From positions 278,201 to 342,200 of the forward strand of contig NC_092679.1 in NCBI RefSeq assembly GCF_964355755.1: DNA of 64,000 nt, in the 5' to 3' direction. This DNA is from Antedon mediterranea. Lineage: Eukaryota; Animalia; Echinodermata. Made by a program: the position numbers and the translations under genes. Shown here in pieces: positions 46,101 to 60,069 of this stretch. The notes beneath the pieces were generated by a model, which made no database searches, had not been told where the DNA came from, and was given only the letters and a program-made list of their open reading frames with translations. The stretch's first letter is position 1; each line of letters starts with the position of its first letter.

Positions 46101-49100
46101 ATGATTTTAGAAAAGGAAAGTAGCAATAAAAGAGAAAGAATTTGTAACAAATGGGTTAAAAAATATACTATAAAAATGTATTTTTTATTTTATTTAAAAA
46201 ATCATGAGTCTCCTCTCCTTAATTGCCTAAGTCACACAGCTGACTTAGGCAGAAACAGAAAAAACGATCTGAGTGTGTGCAAAAATGAATATAAAAGCAC
46301 TCAGATAATGTACAGATGGCAGTATAATGATATAAGCAGTGAGTTAGGCAGATCATAAGTCAGCTCTCCTTAATTGCCTAAGTCACACAGCTGACTTAGG
46401 CAGAAACACGTAAAATATAGTATATTGATATAAGCAGTGAGTTAGGCAGATCATAAGTCAGCTCTGTTTAATTGCCTAAGTCACACAGCTGACTTAGGCA
46501 GAAAACACGAAAAATATAGTATATTGATATAAGCAGTGAGTTAGGCAGAAAAACAAAAAAATATTATGACTGAGACACTTTTGTTATGAGGCTGTCGATA
46601 TCATCTATATACAAAAAATGTTACCTTTAAGTAACAAAATGTAATATAGCATCAACTCTTCAGATTAAAATTAACACTGATGATTTTAGAAAAAGAAAGT
46701 AGCAATACAAGAGAAAGAATTTGTAACAAATGGGTCAAAAAATATTATATAAAAATGTATTTCTTATTTTATTTAAAAAATCATCAGTCTCCTCTCCTTA
46801 ATTGCCTACGTCACACAGCTGACTTAGGCAGAAACACAAAAAACAAAATAACAAAATTTAATAGCATCAGCTCTTCGGATTAAAATTAACACTGATGATT
46901 TTAGAAAAGGAAAGTAGCAATAAAAGAGAAAAAATTTGTAACAAATGGGTTAAAAAATATACTATAAAAATGTATTTCTTATTTTATTTAAAAAATCATG
47001 AGTCTCCTCTCCTTAATTGCCTAAGTCACACAGCTGACTTAGGCAGAAACAGAAAAAACGATCTGAGTGTGTGCAAAAATGAATATAAAAGCACTCAGAT
47101 AATGTACAGAGGGCAGTATAATGATATAAGCAGTGAGTTAGGCAGATCATAAGTCAGCTCTCCTTAATTGCCTAAGTCACACAGCTGACTTAGGCAGAAA
47201 CACGAAAAATATAGTATATTGATATAAGCAGTGAGTTAGGCAGATCATAAGTCAGCTCTCCTTAATTGCCTAAGTCACACAGCTGACCTAGGCAGAAACA
47301 CAAAAAATATAGTATATTGATATAAGCAGTGAGTTAGGCAGAAAAACAAAACAAAATATGACTTATAGACACTTTTGTTATGAGGCTGTCGATATCATCT
47401 GTATACAAAAAATGCTACCTTTAAGTAACAAAATGTATAGCATCAACTCTTCAGATTAAAATTAACACTGATGATTTTAGAAAAAGAAAGTAGCAATAAA
47501 AGAGAAATAATTTGTAACAAATGGGTTAAAAAATATTATATAAAAATGTATTTCTTATTTTATTCAAAAAATCATGAGTCTCCTCTCCTTAATTGCCTAA
47601 GTCACACAGCTGAATGAGGCAGAAACACAAAAAACGATCTGAGCATGTGCAAATGTATATAAAAGTACTCAGATAATGTACAGAGGGCAGTATAATGATA
47701 TAAGCAGTGAGTTACGCAGATCATGAGTCTCCTCTCCTTAATTGCCTAAGTCACACAGCTGACTTAGGCAGAAACACAAAAAACGATCTGAGCATGTGCA
47801 AATGTATATAAAAGTACTCGGATAATGTACAGATGGCAGTATAATGATATAAGCAGTGAGTTACGCAGATCATAAGTCAGCTCTCCTTAATTGCCTAAGT
47901 CACACAGCTGACTTAGGCAGAAACACGAAAAATATAGTATATTGATATAAGCAGTGAGTTAGGCAGATCATAAGTCAGCTCTGTTTAATTGCCTAAGTCA
48001 CACAGCTGACTTAGGCAGAAAACACGAAAAATATAGTATATTGATATAAGCAGTGAGTTAGGCAGAAAAACAAAAAAATATTATGACTGAGACACTTTTG
48101 TTATGAAGCTGTCGATATCATCTATATACAAAAAATGCTACCTTTAAGTAACAAAATGTAATATAGCATCAACTCTTCAGATTAAAATTAACACTGATGA
48201 TTTTAGAAAAAGAAAGTAGCAATACAAGAGAAAGAATTTGTAACAAATGGGTTAAAAAATATTATATAAAAATGTATTTCTTATTTTATTTAAAAAATCA
48301 TCAGTCTCCTCTCCTTAATTGCCTACGTCACACAGCTGACTTATGCAGAAACACAAAAAACAAAATAACAAAATTTAATAGCATCAGCTCTTCGGATTAA
48401 AATTAACACTGATGATTTTAGAAAAGGAAAGTAGCAATAAAAGAGAAAAAATTTGTAACAAATGGGTTAAAAAATATACTATAAAAATATATTTCTTATT
48501 TTATTTAAAAAATCATGAGTCTCCTCTCCTTAATTGCCTAAGTCACACAGCTGACTTAGGCAGAAACAGAAAAAACGATCTGAGTGTGTGCAAAAATGAA
48601 TATAAAAGCACTCAGATAATGTACAGATGGCAGTATAATGATATAAGCAGTGAGTTACGCAGATCATAAGTCAGCTCTCCTTAATTGCCTAAGTCACACA
48701 GCTGACTTAGGCAGAAACACGAAAAATATAGTATATTGATATAAGCAGTGAGTTAGGCAGATCATAAGTCAGCTCTGTTTAATTGCCTAAGTCACACAGC
48801 TGACTTAGGCAGAAAACACGAAAAATATAGTATATTGATATAAGCAGTGAGTTAGGCAGAAAAACAAAAAAATATTATGACTGAGACACTTTTGTTATGA
48901 AGCTGTCGATATCATCTATATACAAAAAATGCTACCTTTAAGTAACAAAATGTAATATAGCATCAACTCTTCAGATTAAAATTAACACTGATGATTTTAG
49001 AAAAAGAAAGTAGCAATACAAGAGAAAGAATTTGTAACAAATGGGTCAAAAAATATTATATAAAAATGTATTTCTTATTTTATTTAAAAAATCATCAGTC

Positions 49101-52100
49101 TCCTCTCCTTTATTGCCTACGTCACACAGCTGACTTAGGCAGAAACACAAAAAACAAAATAACAAAATTTAATAGCATCAGCTCTTCGGATTAAAATTAA
49201 CACTGATGATTTTAGAAAAGGAAAGTAGCAATAAAAGAGAAAAAATTTGTAACAAATGGGTTAAAAAATATACTATAAAAATGTATTTCTTATTTTATTT
49301 AAAAAATCATGAGTCTCCTCTCCTTAATTGCCTAAGTCACACAGCTGACTTAGGCAGAAACAGAAAAAACGATCTGAGTGTGTGCAAAAATGAATATAAA
49401 AGCACTCAGATAATGTACAGAGGGCAGTAAAATGATATAAGCAGTGAGTTAGGCAGATCATAAGTCAGCTCTCCTTAATTGCCTAAGTCACACAGCTGAC
49501 TTAGGCAGAAACACGAAAAATATAGTATATTGATATAAGCAGTGAGTTAGGCAGATCATAAGTCAGCTCTCCTTAATTGCCTAAGTCACACAGCTGACCT
49601 AGGCAGAAAACACGAAAAATATAGTATATTGATATAAGCAGTGAGTTAGGCAGAAAAACAAAAAAATATTATGACTGAGACACTTTTGTTATGAGGCTGT
49701 CGATATCATCTATATACAAAAAATGTTACCTTTAAGTAACAAAATGTAATATAGCATCAACTCTTCAGATTAAAATTAACACTGATGATTTTAGAAAAAG
49801 AAAGTAGCAATACAAGAGAAAGAATTTGTAACAAATGGGTTAAATAATATTATATAAAAATGTATTTCTTATTTTATTTAAAAAATCATCAGTCTCCTCT
49901 CCTTAATTGCCTAAGTCACACAGCTGACTTAGGCAGAAACACAAAAAACGATCTGAGCATGTGCAAATGTATATAAAAGTACTCGGATAATGTACAGATG
50001 GCAGTATAATGATATAAGCAGTGAGTTAGGCAGATCATAAGTCAGCTCTCCTTAATTGCCTAAGTCACACAGCTGACTTAGGCAGAAACACGTAAAATAT
50101 AGTATATTGATATAAGCAGTGAGTTAGGCAGATCATAAGTCAGCTCTGTTTAATTGCCTAAGTCACACAGCTGACTTAGGCAGAAAACACGAAAAATATA
50201 GTATATTGATATAAGCAGTGAGTTAGGCAGAAAAACAAAACAAAATATGACTTATAGACACTTTTGTTATGAGGCTGTCGATATCATTTGTATACAAAAA
50301 ATGCTACCTTTAAGTAACAAAATGTAATAGCATCAATTCTTCAGATTAAAATTAACACTGATGATTTTAGAAAAAGAAAGTAGCAATAAAAGAGAAAGAA
50401 TTTGTAACAAATGTGTTAAAAAATATACTATAAAAATGTATTTCTTATTTTATTTAAAAAATCATGAGTCTCCTCTCCTTAATTGCCTAAGTCACAAAGC
50501 TGACTTAGGCAGAAACACAAAAAACGATCTGAGCATGTGCAAATATATATAAAAGTACTCGGATAATGTACAGATGGCAGTATAATGATATAAGCAGTGA
50601 GTTACGCAGATCATAAGTCAGCTCTCCTTAATTGCCTAAGTCACACAGCTGACTTAGGCAGAAACACGAAAAATATAGTATATTGATATAAGCAGTGAGT
50701 TAGGCAGATCATAAGTCAGCTCTGTTTAATTGCCTAAGTCACACAGCTGACTTAGGCAGAAAACACGAAAAAATATAGTATATTGATATAAGCAGTGAGT
50801 TAGGCAGAAAAACAAAAAAATATTATGACTGAGACACTTTTGTTATGAAGCTGTCGATATCATCTATATACAAAAAATGCTACCTTTAAGTAACAAAATG
50901 TAATATAGCATCAACTCATCAGATTAAAATTAACACTGATGATTTTAGAAAAAGAAAGTAGCAATACAAGAGAAAGAATTTGTAACAAATGGGTCAAAAA
51001 ATATTATATAAAAATGTATTTCTTATTTTATTTAAAAAATCATCAGTCTCCTCTCCTTAATTGCCTACGTCACACAGCTGACTTAGGCAGAAACACAAAA
51101 AACAAAATAACAAAATTTAATAGCATCAGCTCTTCGGATTAAAATTAACACTGATGATTTTAGAAAAGGAAAGTAGCAATAAAAGAGAAAAAATTTGTAA
51201 CAAATGGGTTAAAAAATATACTATAAAAATGTATTTCTTATTTTATTTAAAAAATCATGAGTCTCCTTTCCTTAATTGCCTAAGTCACACAGCTGACTTA
51301 GGCAGAAACAGAAAAAACGATCTGAGTGTGTGCAAAAATGAATATAAAAGCACTCAGATAATGTACAGATGGCAGTATAATGATATAAGCAGTGAGTTAC
51401 GCAGATCATAAGTCAGCTCTCCTTAATTGCCTAAGTCACACAGCTGACTTAGGCAGAAACACGAAAAATATAGTATATTGATATAAGCAGTGAGTTAGGC
51501 AGATCATAAGTCAGCTCTGTTTAATTGCCTAAGTCACACAGCTGACTTAGGCAGAAAACACGAAAAATATAGTATATTGATATAAGCAGTGAGTTAGGCA
51601 GAAAAACAAAAAAATATTATGACTGAGACACTTTTGTTATGAAGCTGTCGATATCATCTATATACAAAAAATGCTACCTTTAAGTAACAAAATGTAATAT
51701 AGCATCAACTCTTCAGATTAAAATTAACACTGATGATTTTAGAAAAAGAAAGTAGCAATACAAGAGAAAGAATTTGTAACAAATGGGTCAAAAAATATTA
51801 TATAAAAATGTATTTCTTATTTTATTTAAAAAATCATCAGTCTCCTCTCCTTAATTGCCTACGTCACACAGCTGACTTAGGCAGAAACACAAAAAACAAA
51901 ATAACAAAATTTAATAGCATCAGCTCTTCGGATTAAAATTAACACTGATGATTTTAGAAAAGGAAAGTAGCAATAAAAGAGAAAAAATTTGTAACAAATG
52001 GGTTAAAAAATATACTATAAAAATGTATTTCTTATTTTATTTAAAAAATCATGAGTCTCCTTTCCTTAATTGCCTAAGTCACACAGCTGACTTAGGCAGA

Positions 52101-55100
52101 AACAGAAAAAACGATCTGAGTGTGTGCAAAAATGAATATAAAAGCACTCAGATAATGTACAGATGGCAGTATAATGATATAAGCAGTGAGTTACGCAGAT
52201 CATAAGTCAGCTCTCCTTAATTGCCTAAGTCACACAGCTGACTTAGGCAGAAACACGAAAAATATAGTATATTGATATAAGCAGTGAGTTAGGCAGATCA
52301 TAAGTCAGCTCTGTTTAATTGCCTAAGTCACACAGCTGACTTAGGCAGAAAACACGAAAAATATAGTATATTGATATAAGCAGTGAGTTAGGCAGAAAAA
52401 CAAAAAAATATTATGACTGAGACACTTTTGTTATGAAGCTGTCGATATCATCTATATACAAAAAATGCTACCTTTAAGTAACAAAATGTAATATAGCATC
52501 AACTCTTCAGATTAAAATTAACACTGATGATTTTAGAAAAAGAAAGTAGCAATACAAGAGAAAGAATTTGTAACAAATGGGTCAAAAAATATTATATAAA
52601 AATGTATTTCTTATTTTATTTAAAAAATCATCAGTCTCCTCTCCTTAATTGCCTACGTCACACAGCTGACTTAGGCAGAAACACAAAAAACAAAATAACA
52701 AAATTTAATAGCATCAGCTCTTCGGATTAAAATTAACACTGATGATTTTAGAAAAGGAAAGTAGCAATAAAAGAGAAAAAATTTGTAACAAATGGGTTAA
52801 AAAATATACTATAAAAATGTATTTCTTATTTTATTTAAAAAATCATGAGTCTCCTCTCCTTAATTGCCTAAGTCACACAGCTGACTTAGGCAGAAACAGA
52901 AAAAACGATCTGAGTGTGTGCAAAAATGAATATAAAAGCACTCAGATAATGTACAGAGGGCAGTAAAATGATATAAGCAGTGAGTTAGGCAGATCATAAG
53001 TCAGCTCTCCTTAATTGCCTAAGTCACACAGCTGACTTAGGCAGAAACACGAAAAATATAGTATATTGATATAAGCAGTGAGTTAGGCAGATCATAAGTC
53101 AGCTCTGTTTAATTGCCTAAGTCACACAGCTGACTTAGGCAGAAAACACGAAAAATATAGTATATTGATATAAGCAGTGAGTTAGGCAGAAAAACAAAAA
53201 AATATTATGACTGAGACACTTTTGTTATGAAGCTGTCGATATCATCTATATACAAAAAATGCTACCTTTAAGTAACAAAATGTAATATAGCATCAACTCT
53301 TCAGATTAAAATTAACACTGATGATTTTAGAAAAAGAAAGTAGCAATACAAGAGAAAGAATTTGTAACAAATGGGTCAAAAAATATTATATAAAAATGTA
53401 TTTCTTATTTTATTTAAAAAATCATCAGTCTCCTCTCCTTAATTGCCTACGTCACACAGCTGACTTAGGCAGAAACACAAAAAACAAAATAACAAAATTT
53501 AATAGCATCAGCTCTTCGGATTAAAATTAACACTGATGATTTTAGAAAAGGAAAGTAGCAATAAAAGAGAAAAAATTTGTAACAAATGGGTTAAAAAATA
53601 TACTATAAAAATGTATTTCTTATTTTATTTAAAAAATCATGAGTCTCCTCTCCTTAATTGCCTAAGTCACACAGCTGACTTAGGCAGAAACAGAAAAAAC
53701 GATCTGAGTGTGTGCAAAAATGAATATAAAAGCACTCAGATAATGTACAGAGGGCAGTAAAATGATATAAGCAGTGAGTTAGGCAGATCATAAGTCAGCT
53801 CTCCTTAATTGCCTAAGTCACACAGCTGACTTAGGCAGAAAACGAAAAATATAGTATATTGATATAAGCAGTGAGTTAGGCAGATCATAAGTCAGCTCTG
53901 TTTAATTGCCTAAGTCACACAGCTGACCTAGGCAGAAAACACGAAAAATATAGTATATTGATATAAGCAGTGAGTTAGGCAGAAAAACAAAAAAATATTA
54001 TGACTGAGACACTTTTGTTATGAGGCTGTCGATATCATCTATATACAAAAAATGCTACCTTTAAGTAACAAAATGTAATATAGCATCAACTCTTCAGATT
54101 AAAATTAACACTGATGATTTTAGAAAAAGAAAGTAGCAATACAAGAGAAAGAATTTGTAACAAATGGGTCAAAAAATATTATATAAAAATGTATTTCTTA
54201 TTTTATTTAAAAAATCATCAGTCTCCTCTCCTTAATTGCCTAAGTCACACAGCTGACTTAGGCAGAAACACAAAAAACAAAATAACAAAATTTAATAGCA
54301 TCAGCTCTTCGGATTAAAATTAACACTGATGATTTTAGAAAAGGAAAGTAGCAATAAAAGAGAAAAAATATGAAAAAAATGGGTTAAAAAATATACTATA
54401 AAAATGTATTTCTTATTTTATTTAAAAAATCATGAGTCTCCTCTCCTTAATTGCCTAAGTCACACCGCTGACTTAGGCAGAAACACAAAAAACGATCGGA
54501 GTGTGTGCAAAAATGTATATAAAAGCACTCAGATAATGTACAGAGGGCAGTATAATGATATAAGCAGTGAGTTAGGCAGATCATAAGTCAGCTCTCCTTA
54601 ATTGCCTAAGTCACACAGCTGACTTAGGCAGAAACACGAAAAATATAGTATATTGATATAAGCAGTGAGTTTGGCAGATCATAAGTCAGCTCTCCTTAAT
54701 TGCCTAAGTCACACAGCTGACCTAGGCAGAAACACAAAAAATATAGTATATTGATATAAGCAGTGAGTTAGGCAGAAAAACAAAACAAAATATGACTTAT
54801 AGACACTTTTGTTATGAGGCTGTCGATATCATCTGTATACAAAAAATGCTACCTTTAAGTAACAAAATGTATAGCATCAACTCTTCAGATTAAAATTAAC
54901 ACTGATGATTTTAGAAAAAGAAAGTAGCAATAAAAGAGAAATAATTTGTAACAAATGGGTTAAAAAATATTATATAAAAATGTATTTCTTATTTTATTTA
55001 AAAAATCATCAGTCTCCTCTCCTTAATTGCCTACGTCACACAGCTGACTTAGGCAGAAACACAAAAAACAAAATAACAAAATTTAATAGCATCAGCTCTT

Positions 55101-58083
55101 CGGATTAAAATTAACACTGATGATTTTAGAAAAGGAAAGTAGCAATAAAAGAGAAAAAATTTGTAACAAATGGGTTAAAAAATATACTATAAAAATGTAT
55201 TTCTTATTTTATTTAAAAAATCATGAGTCTCCTCTCCTTAATTGCCTAAGTCACACAGCTGACTTAGGCAGAAACACAAAAAACGATCTGAGCATGTGCA
55301 AATGTATATAAAAGTACTCGGATAATGTACAGATGGCAGTATAATGATATAAGCAGTGAGTTACGCAGATCATAAGTCAGCTCTCCTTAATTGCCTAAGT
55401 CACACAGCTGACTTAGGCAGAAACACGTAAAATATAGTATATTGATATAAGCAGTGAGTTAGGCAGATCATAAGTCAGCTCTGTTTAATTGCCTAAGTCA
55501 CACAGCTGACTTAGGTAGAAAACACGAAAAATATAGTATATTGATATAAGCAGTGAGTTAGGCAGAAAAACAAAAAAATATTATGACTGAGACACTTTTG
55601 TTATGAGGCTGTCGATATCATCTATATACAAAAAATGCTACCTTTAAGTAACAAAATGTAATATAGCATCAACTCTTCAGATTAAAATTAACACTGATGA
55701 TTTTAGAAAAAGAAAGTAGCAATACAAGAGAAAGAATTTGTAACAAATGGGTCTAAAAATATTATATAAAAATGTATTTCTTATTTTATTTAAAAAATCA
55801 TCAGTCTCCTCTCCTTAATTGCCTACGTCACACAGCTGACTTAGGCAGAAACACAAAAAACAAAATAACAAAATTTAATAGCATCAGCTCTTCGGATTAA
55901 AATTAACACTGATGATTTTAGAAAAGGAAAGTAGCAATAAAAGAGAAAAAATTTGTAACAAATGGGTTAAAAAATATACTATAAAAATGTATTTCTTATT
56001 TTATTTAAAAAATCATGAGTCTCCTCTCCTTAATTGCATAAGTCACACAGCTGACTTAGGCAGAAACAGAAAAAACGATCTGAGTGTGTGCAAAAATGAA
56101 TATAAAAGCACTCAGATAATGTACAGAGGGCAGTATAATGATATAAGCAGTGAGTTAGGCAGATCATAAGTCAGCTCTCCTTAATTGCCTAAGTCACACA
56201 GCTGACTTAGGCAGAAACACGAAAAATATAGTATATTGATATAAGCAGTGAGTTAGGCAGATCATAAGTCAGCTCTCCTTAATTGCCTAAGTCACACAGC
56301 TGACCTAGGCAGAAACACAAAAAATATAGTATATTGATATAAGCAGTGAGTTAGGCAGAAAAACAAAACAAAATATGACTTATAGACACTTTTGTTATGA
56401 GGCTGTCGATATCATCTGTATACAAAAAATGCTACCTTTAAGTAACAAAATGTAATAGCATCAACTCTTCAGATTAAAATTAACACTGATGATTTTAGAA
56501 AAAGAAAGTAGCAATAAAAGAGAAATAATTTGTAACAAATGGGTTAAAAAATATACTATAAAAATGTATTTCTTATTTTATTTAAAAAATCATGAGTCTC
56601 CTCTCCTTAATTGCCTAAGTCACACAGCTGACTTAGGCAGAAACACAAAAAACGATCTGAGCATGTGCAAATGTATATAAAAGTACTCGGATAATGTACA
56701 GATGGCAGTATAATGATATAAGCAGTGAGTTACGCAGATCATAAGTCAGCTCTCCTTAATTGCCTAAGTCACACAGCTGACTTAGGCAGAAACACGAAAA
56801 ATATAGTATATTGATATAAGCAGTGAGTTAGGCAGATCATAAGTCAGCTCTGTTTAATTGCCTAAGTCACACAGCTGACTAAGCCAGAAAACACGAAAAA
56901 TATAGTATATTGATATAAGCAGTGAGTTAGGCAGAAAAACAAAAAAAATATTATGACTGAGACACTTTTGTTATGAGGCTGTCGATATCATCTATATACA
57001 AAAAATGCTACCTTTAAGTAACAAAATGTAATATAGCATCAACTCTTCAGATTAAAATTAACACTGATGATTTTAGAAAAAGAAAGTAGCAATACAAGAG
57101 AAAGAATTTGTAACAAATGGGTCAAAAAATATTATATAAAAATGTATTTCTTATTTTATTTAAAAAATCATCAGTCTCCTCTCCTTAATTGCCTACGTCA
57201 CACAGCTGACTTAGGCAGAAACACGAAAAACAAAATTTAATAGCATCAGCTCTTCGGATTAAAATTAACACTGATGATTTTAGAAAAGGAAAGTAGCAAT
57301 AAAAAAGAAAAAAATTTGTAACAAATGGGTTAAAAAATATACTATAAAAATGTATTTCTTATTTTATTTAAAAAATCATGAGTCTCCTCTCCTTAATTGC
57401 CTAAGTCACACAGCTGACTTAGGCAGAAACAGAAAAAACGATCTGAGTGTGTGCAAAAATGAATATAAAAGCACTCAGATAATGTACAGAGGGCAGTATA
57501 ATGATATAAGCAGTGAGTTAGGCAGATCATAAGTGAGCTCCCCTTAATTGCCTAAGTCACACAGCTGACTTAGGCAGAAACACGAAAAATATAGTATATT
57601 GATATAAGCAGTGAGTTAGGCAGATCATAAGTCAGCTCTCCTTAATTGCCTAAGTCACACAGCTGACCTAGGCAGAAACACAAAAAATATAGTATATTGA
57701 TATAAGCAGTGAGTTAGGCAGAAAAACAAAACAAAATATGACTTATAGACACTTTTGTTATGAGGCTGTCGATATCATCTGTATACAAAAAATGCTACCT
57801 TTAAGTAACAAAATGTAATAGCATCAACTCTTCAGATTAAAATTAACACTGATGATTTTAGAAAAAGAAAGTAGCAATAAAAGAGAAAGAATTTGTAACA
57901 AATGGGTTAAAAAATATACTATAAAAATGTATTTCTTATTTTATTTAAAAAATCATGAGTCTCCTCTCCTTAATTGCCTAAGTCAAACAGCTGATAGAAA
58001 AAATATAGTAGCATATATATTGATATAAGCAGTGAATTAGGCAGATCATAAGTCAGGTCTCCTTAATTGCCTAAGTCACACAG
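28142..58083. repeat. ~30-kb complex satellite: 98/99-bp subunit, 215-bp module, ~577-579-bp monomer, 794-bp higher-order repeat
   Basis: cataagtcag period 98 (33751, 33849); recurring ORF starts 51154/51948/52742/53536 (794 = 579+215); every module has TGCCTAAGTCA-cacagc-TGACTTAGGCA. Confidence 0.98.
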
Positions 58084-58888
58084 ATAGTACAGGAATTTTT
58101 TCCAAAAATGGCCAAAATATAAAGTTTTTAAAATTCAATTATTATGCTATAAAATTGCTCTATATGATCATATATTGCTTTATCATCACCTTATAGTACC
58201 ATAGACACCAGTTTTATCGAAAAATAAAAGGGTCGAAAAATGGCAATTTTTAGTCGCGTGGACGTTCACTATGTCGGTCGGTCGGTCCGGTATCACTATG
58301 CGTTTTAGCACGCGACTTATGGCTGTTGGCCTTGTTAGAAAAAATCCTTGTACTATAGTACAGAGAATTTTTCCAAAAATGGCCAAAATATCAAGTTTTT
58401 AAAATTAAATTATTATGCTTTAAAATTGCTCTATATGATCATATATTGCTTTATCATCACCTTGTAGTACCATAGACACCAGTTTTATCGAAAAATAAAA
58501 GGGTCGAAAAATGGTTACTATTGCATAATAAACATGCGCAGAGACGAATTGACATGCGTAGAACCCATTGTTCGTCTCTGCGCATGTTTATTATACTATA
58601 GTAACCATTTATGTAAAAACTGGTTTATTATACTTAACCATTTATGTCAAAAAATAAAAGGGTCGAAAATCGGCCATTTTTCGCAAATTTCCCTATAGTA
58701 ACCATTTATGTCAAAACTGGTTACCATAGCACAATTGACATGCGCAGAACACATTATTCGTCTCTGCGCATGTTTATTATGCAATAGTAACCATTTATGT
58801 CAAAACTGGTTAATATAGCACAATTGACATGCACAGAACCCATTATTCGTCTCTGCGCATGTTTATTATGCAATAGTAACCATTTTTT
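58084..58888. repeat. right part of the palindrome-rich host repeat, including a ~42-bp TIR-bounded unit 58507-58887
   Basis: resumes with tagtacaggaattttttccaaaaatggcc as at 27333; aaaaatggttactattgcataataaacatgcgcagagacgaa is inverted at ~58846-58887. Confidence 0.88.
58252..58335 (+). mobile_element. tiny Helentron-associated (HINE/DINE-1-like) non-autonomous element
   Basis: inserted in a T-run of the host repeat (ttttt^agaaaaaatcc); subterminal IR agtcgcgtg/cacgcgact, (gtcg)n microsatellite, 3' ggc..gcc-ttgt end. Confidence 0.65.
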
Positions 58889-58899
58889 CATTGTCTGTA

Positions 58900-58905
58900 T
58901 TTATT
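58900..58905 (-). promoter_or_regulatory. candidate polyadenylation signal AATAAA of PET117
   Basis: tttatt on +, 55 nt downstream of the TAG. Confidence 0.55.
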
Positions 58906-58959
58906 ATCCTATTCTTTGAGTTTTTTAAGCACATTCTAAATCCAAACTGGTTTTGTTAG

Positions 58960-59525
58960 CTAGCGCTGCATTTGCACATTTCTCCTGTTTTGCTCGTTGG
59001 TTGTTACTTCATAGTTTTCTCTTTGTAGTTCTAGCTGCCTTGTCAGTTCAATCTGGTTTACCAATTCTTGACGATTCTGTTGTTTCCTCTTTTGTCTTTC
59101 GAGATCTTTGATGACACCTTGCTTCAATTGCTGTAAAGTGTAAAATTATTGGTAATAATAATGGATGACTATACACCAAGTTAATAAGTTGGTATCGCCC
59201 TACTACCTACATAAAACGGCGCTACTGCAGTTTCGCACCTAAAACTGGGCATAAGACTTCACAGTAACTCATCATCAGCGCTGCGCAACAGGTCGATGTC
59301 TTTAAAAGGGAGAGTGTGGTGTGAAAGTGCATTAGCACCCATAAAACAATTGTTCAAGGGTGCAAGTTGGGTCCAGCCAGGTAATATTATCTAGGCTACT
59401 TTACTCTAATACTAGGTAGGCCTCCTTACGTTTTGGTCGTACTTCTTTTTATAATGCACTCCGGCTATAGTACTTGTAGCAATTACAACAGAAGTACCAA
59501 GGGTTATTTTTGCTGTCAACGACAT
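58960..59525 (-). CDS. PET117: PET117 cytochrome c oxidase assembly factor, 2 coding exons (59430-59525; 58960-59130), 88 aa
   Basis: MSLTAKITLGTSVVIATSTIAGVHYKKKYDQN|QLKQGVIKDLERQKRKQQNRQELVNQIELTRQLELQRE...* matches the recalled PET117 pattern (AGVH..Q..D...L..GVIRDIERQ.RK.EN); gtaagg donor, tttacag acceptor, phase 0. Confidence 0.9.
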
Positions 59526-60069
59526 GCCTTCTTATTTATACAGTCAGTAGTTCATTTAATCAAGTGAAGGTGTAGAAGACCATCCTCCTTTCTGGTAGAG
59601 TTATCAACGATATAGGCATATATGCCTAGCCTAGGTGAAATTCTTGTAGGCCTCCTTGGTCTAGTAGATAGGAGGAGTATAGTAGTACTACTACTAGCCT
59701 AGTAGTATAGGGTGACCGTAGTATATAGTAGGCCTAGCTTTCTTTGCTTAGCCTAAATGTAGGAGTATATACAGACAGACTAGACTTAAGCATATAACAA
59801 GTATAAATTAAAATAATTAGGCTAGGTCTAGTGCATTTTTTCGAAAAATAAAGCCCTCAGCTATATCTCCGAAAATGGCAAAATTTCGGCCTTTTTTCAC
59901 TAGCTAGGCCTAGGCGCGCTACTCCGATCAACCCCTGAAAAACGACTGGGCATGGCAAAGGAATCATTTCGCGTCAACTGTGACGTGTAACGCGTTACTG
60001 ACAATGGAAATATGATACGTCAACGGATTGGCTATAATTTCAGGTAAGAACAAATTAATAAGATGTTTG

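Noticed and set aside
28328-57532. Dozens of near-identical 60-85 aa ORFs (MILEKESSN..., MYFLFYLKN...) suggesting a tandem gene family
   Set aside because: They are translations of the satellite monomer. Copies are freely broken by stops and frameshifts in A-runs, and there is no splice structure or recognisable domain.
28142-58083. CRISPR-like appearance (28-bp palindromic repeat recurring at intervals)
   Set aside because: The intervening sequences are themselves repeated rather than unique spacers, there are no cas genes, and the context is eukaryotic.
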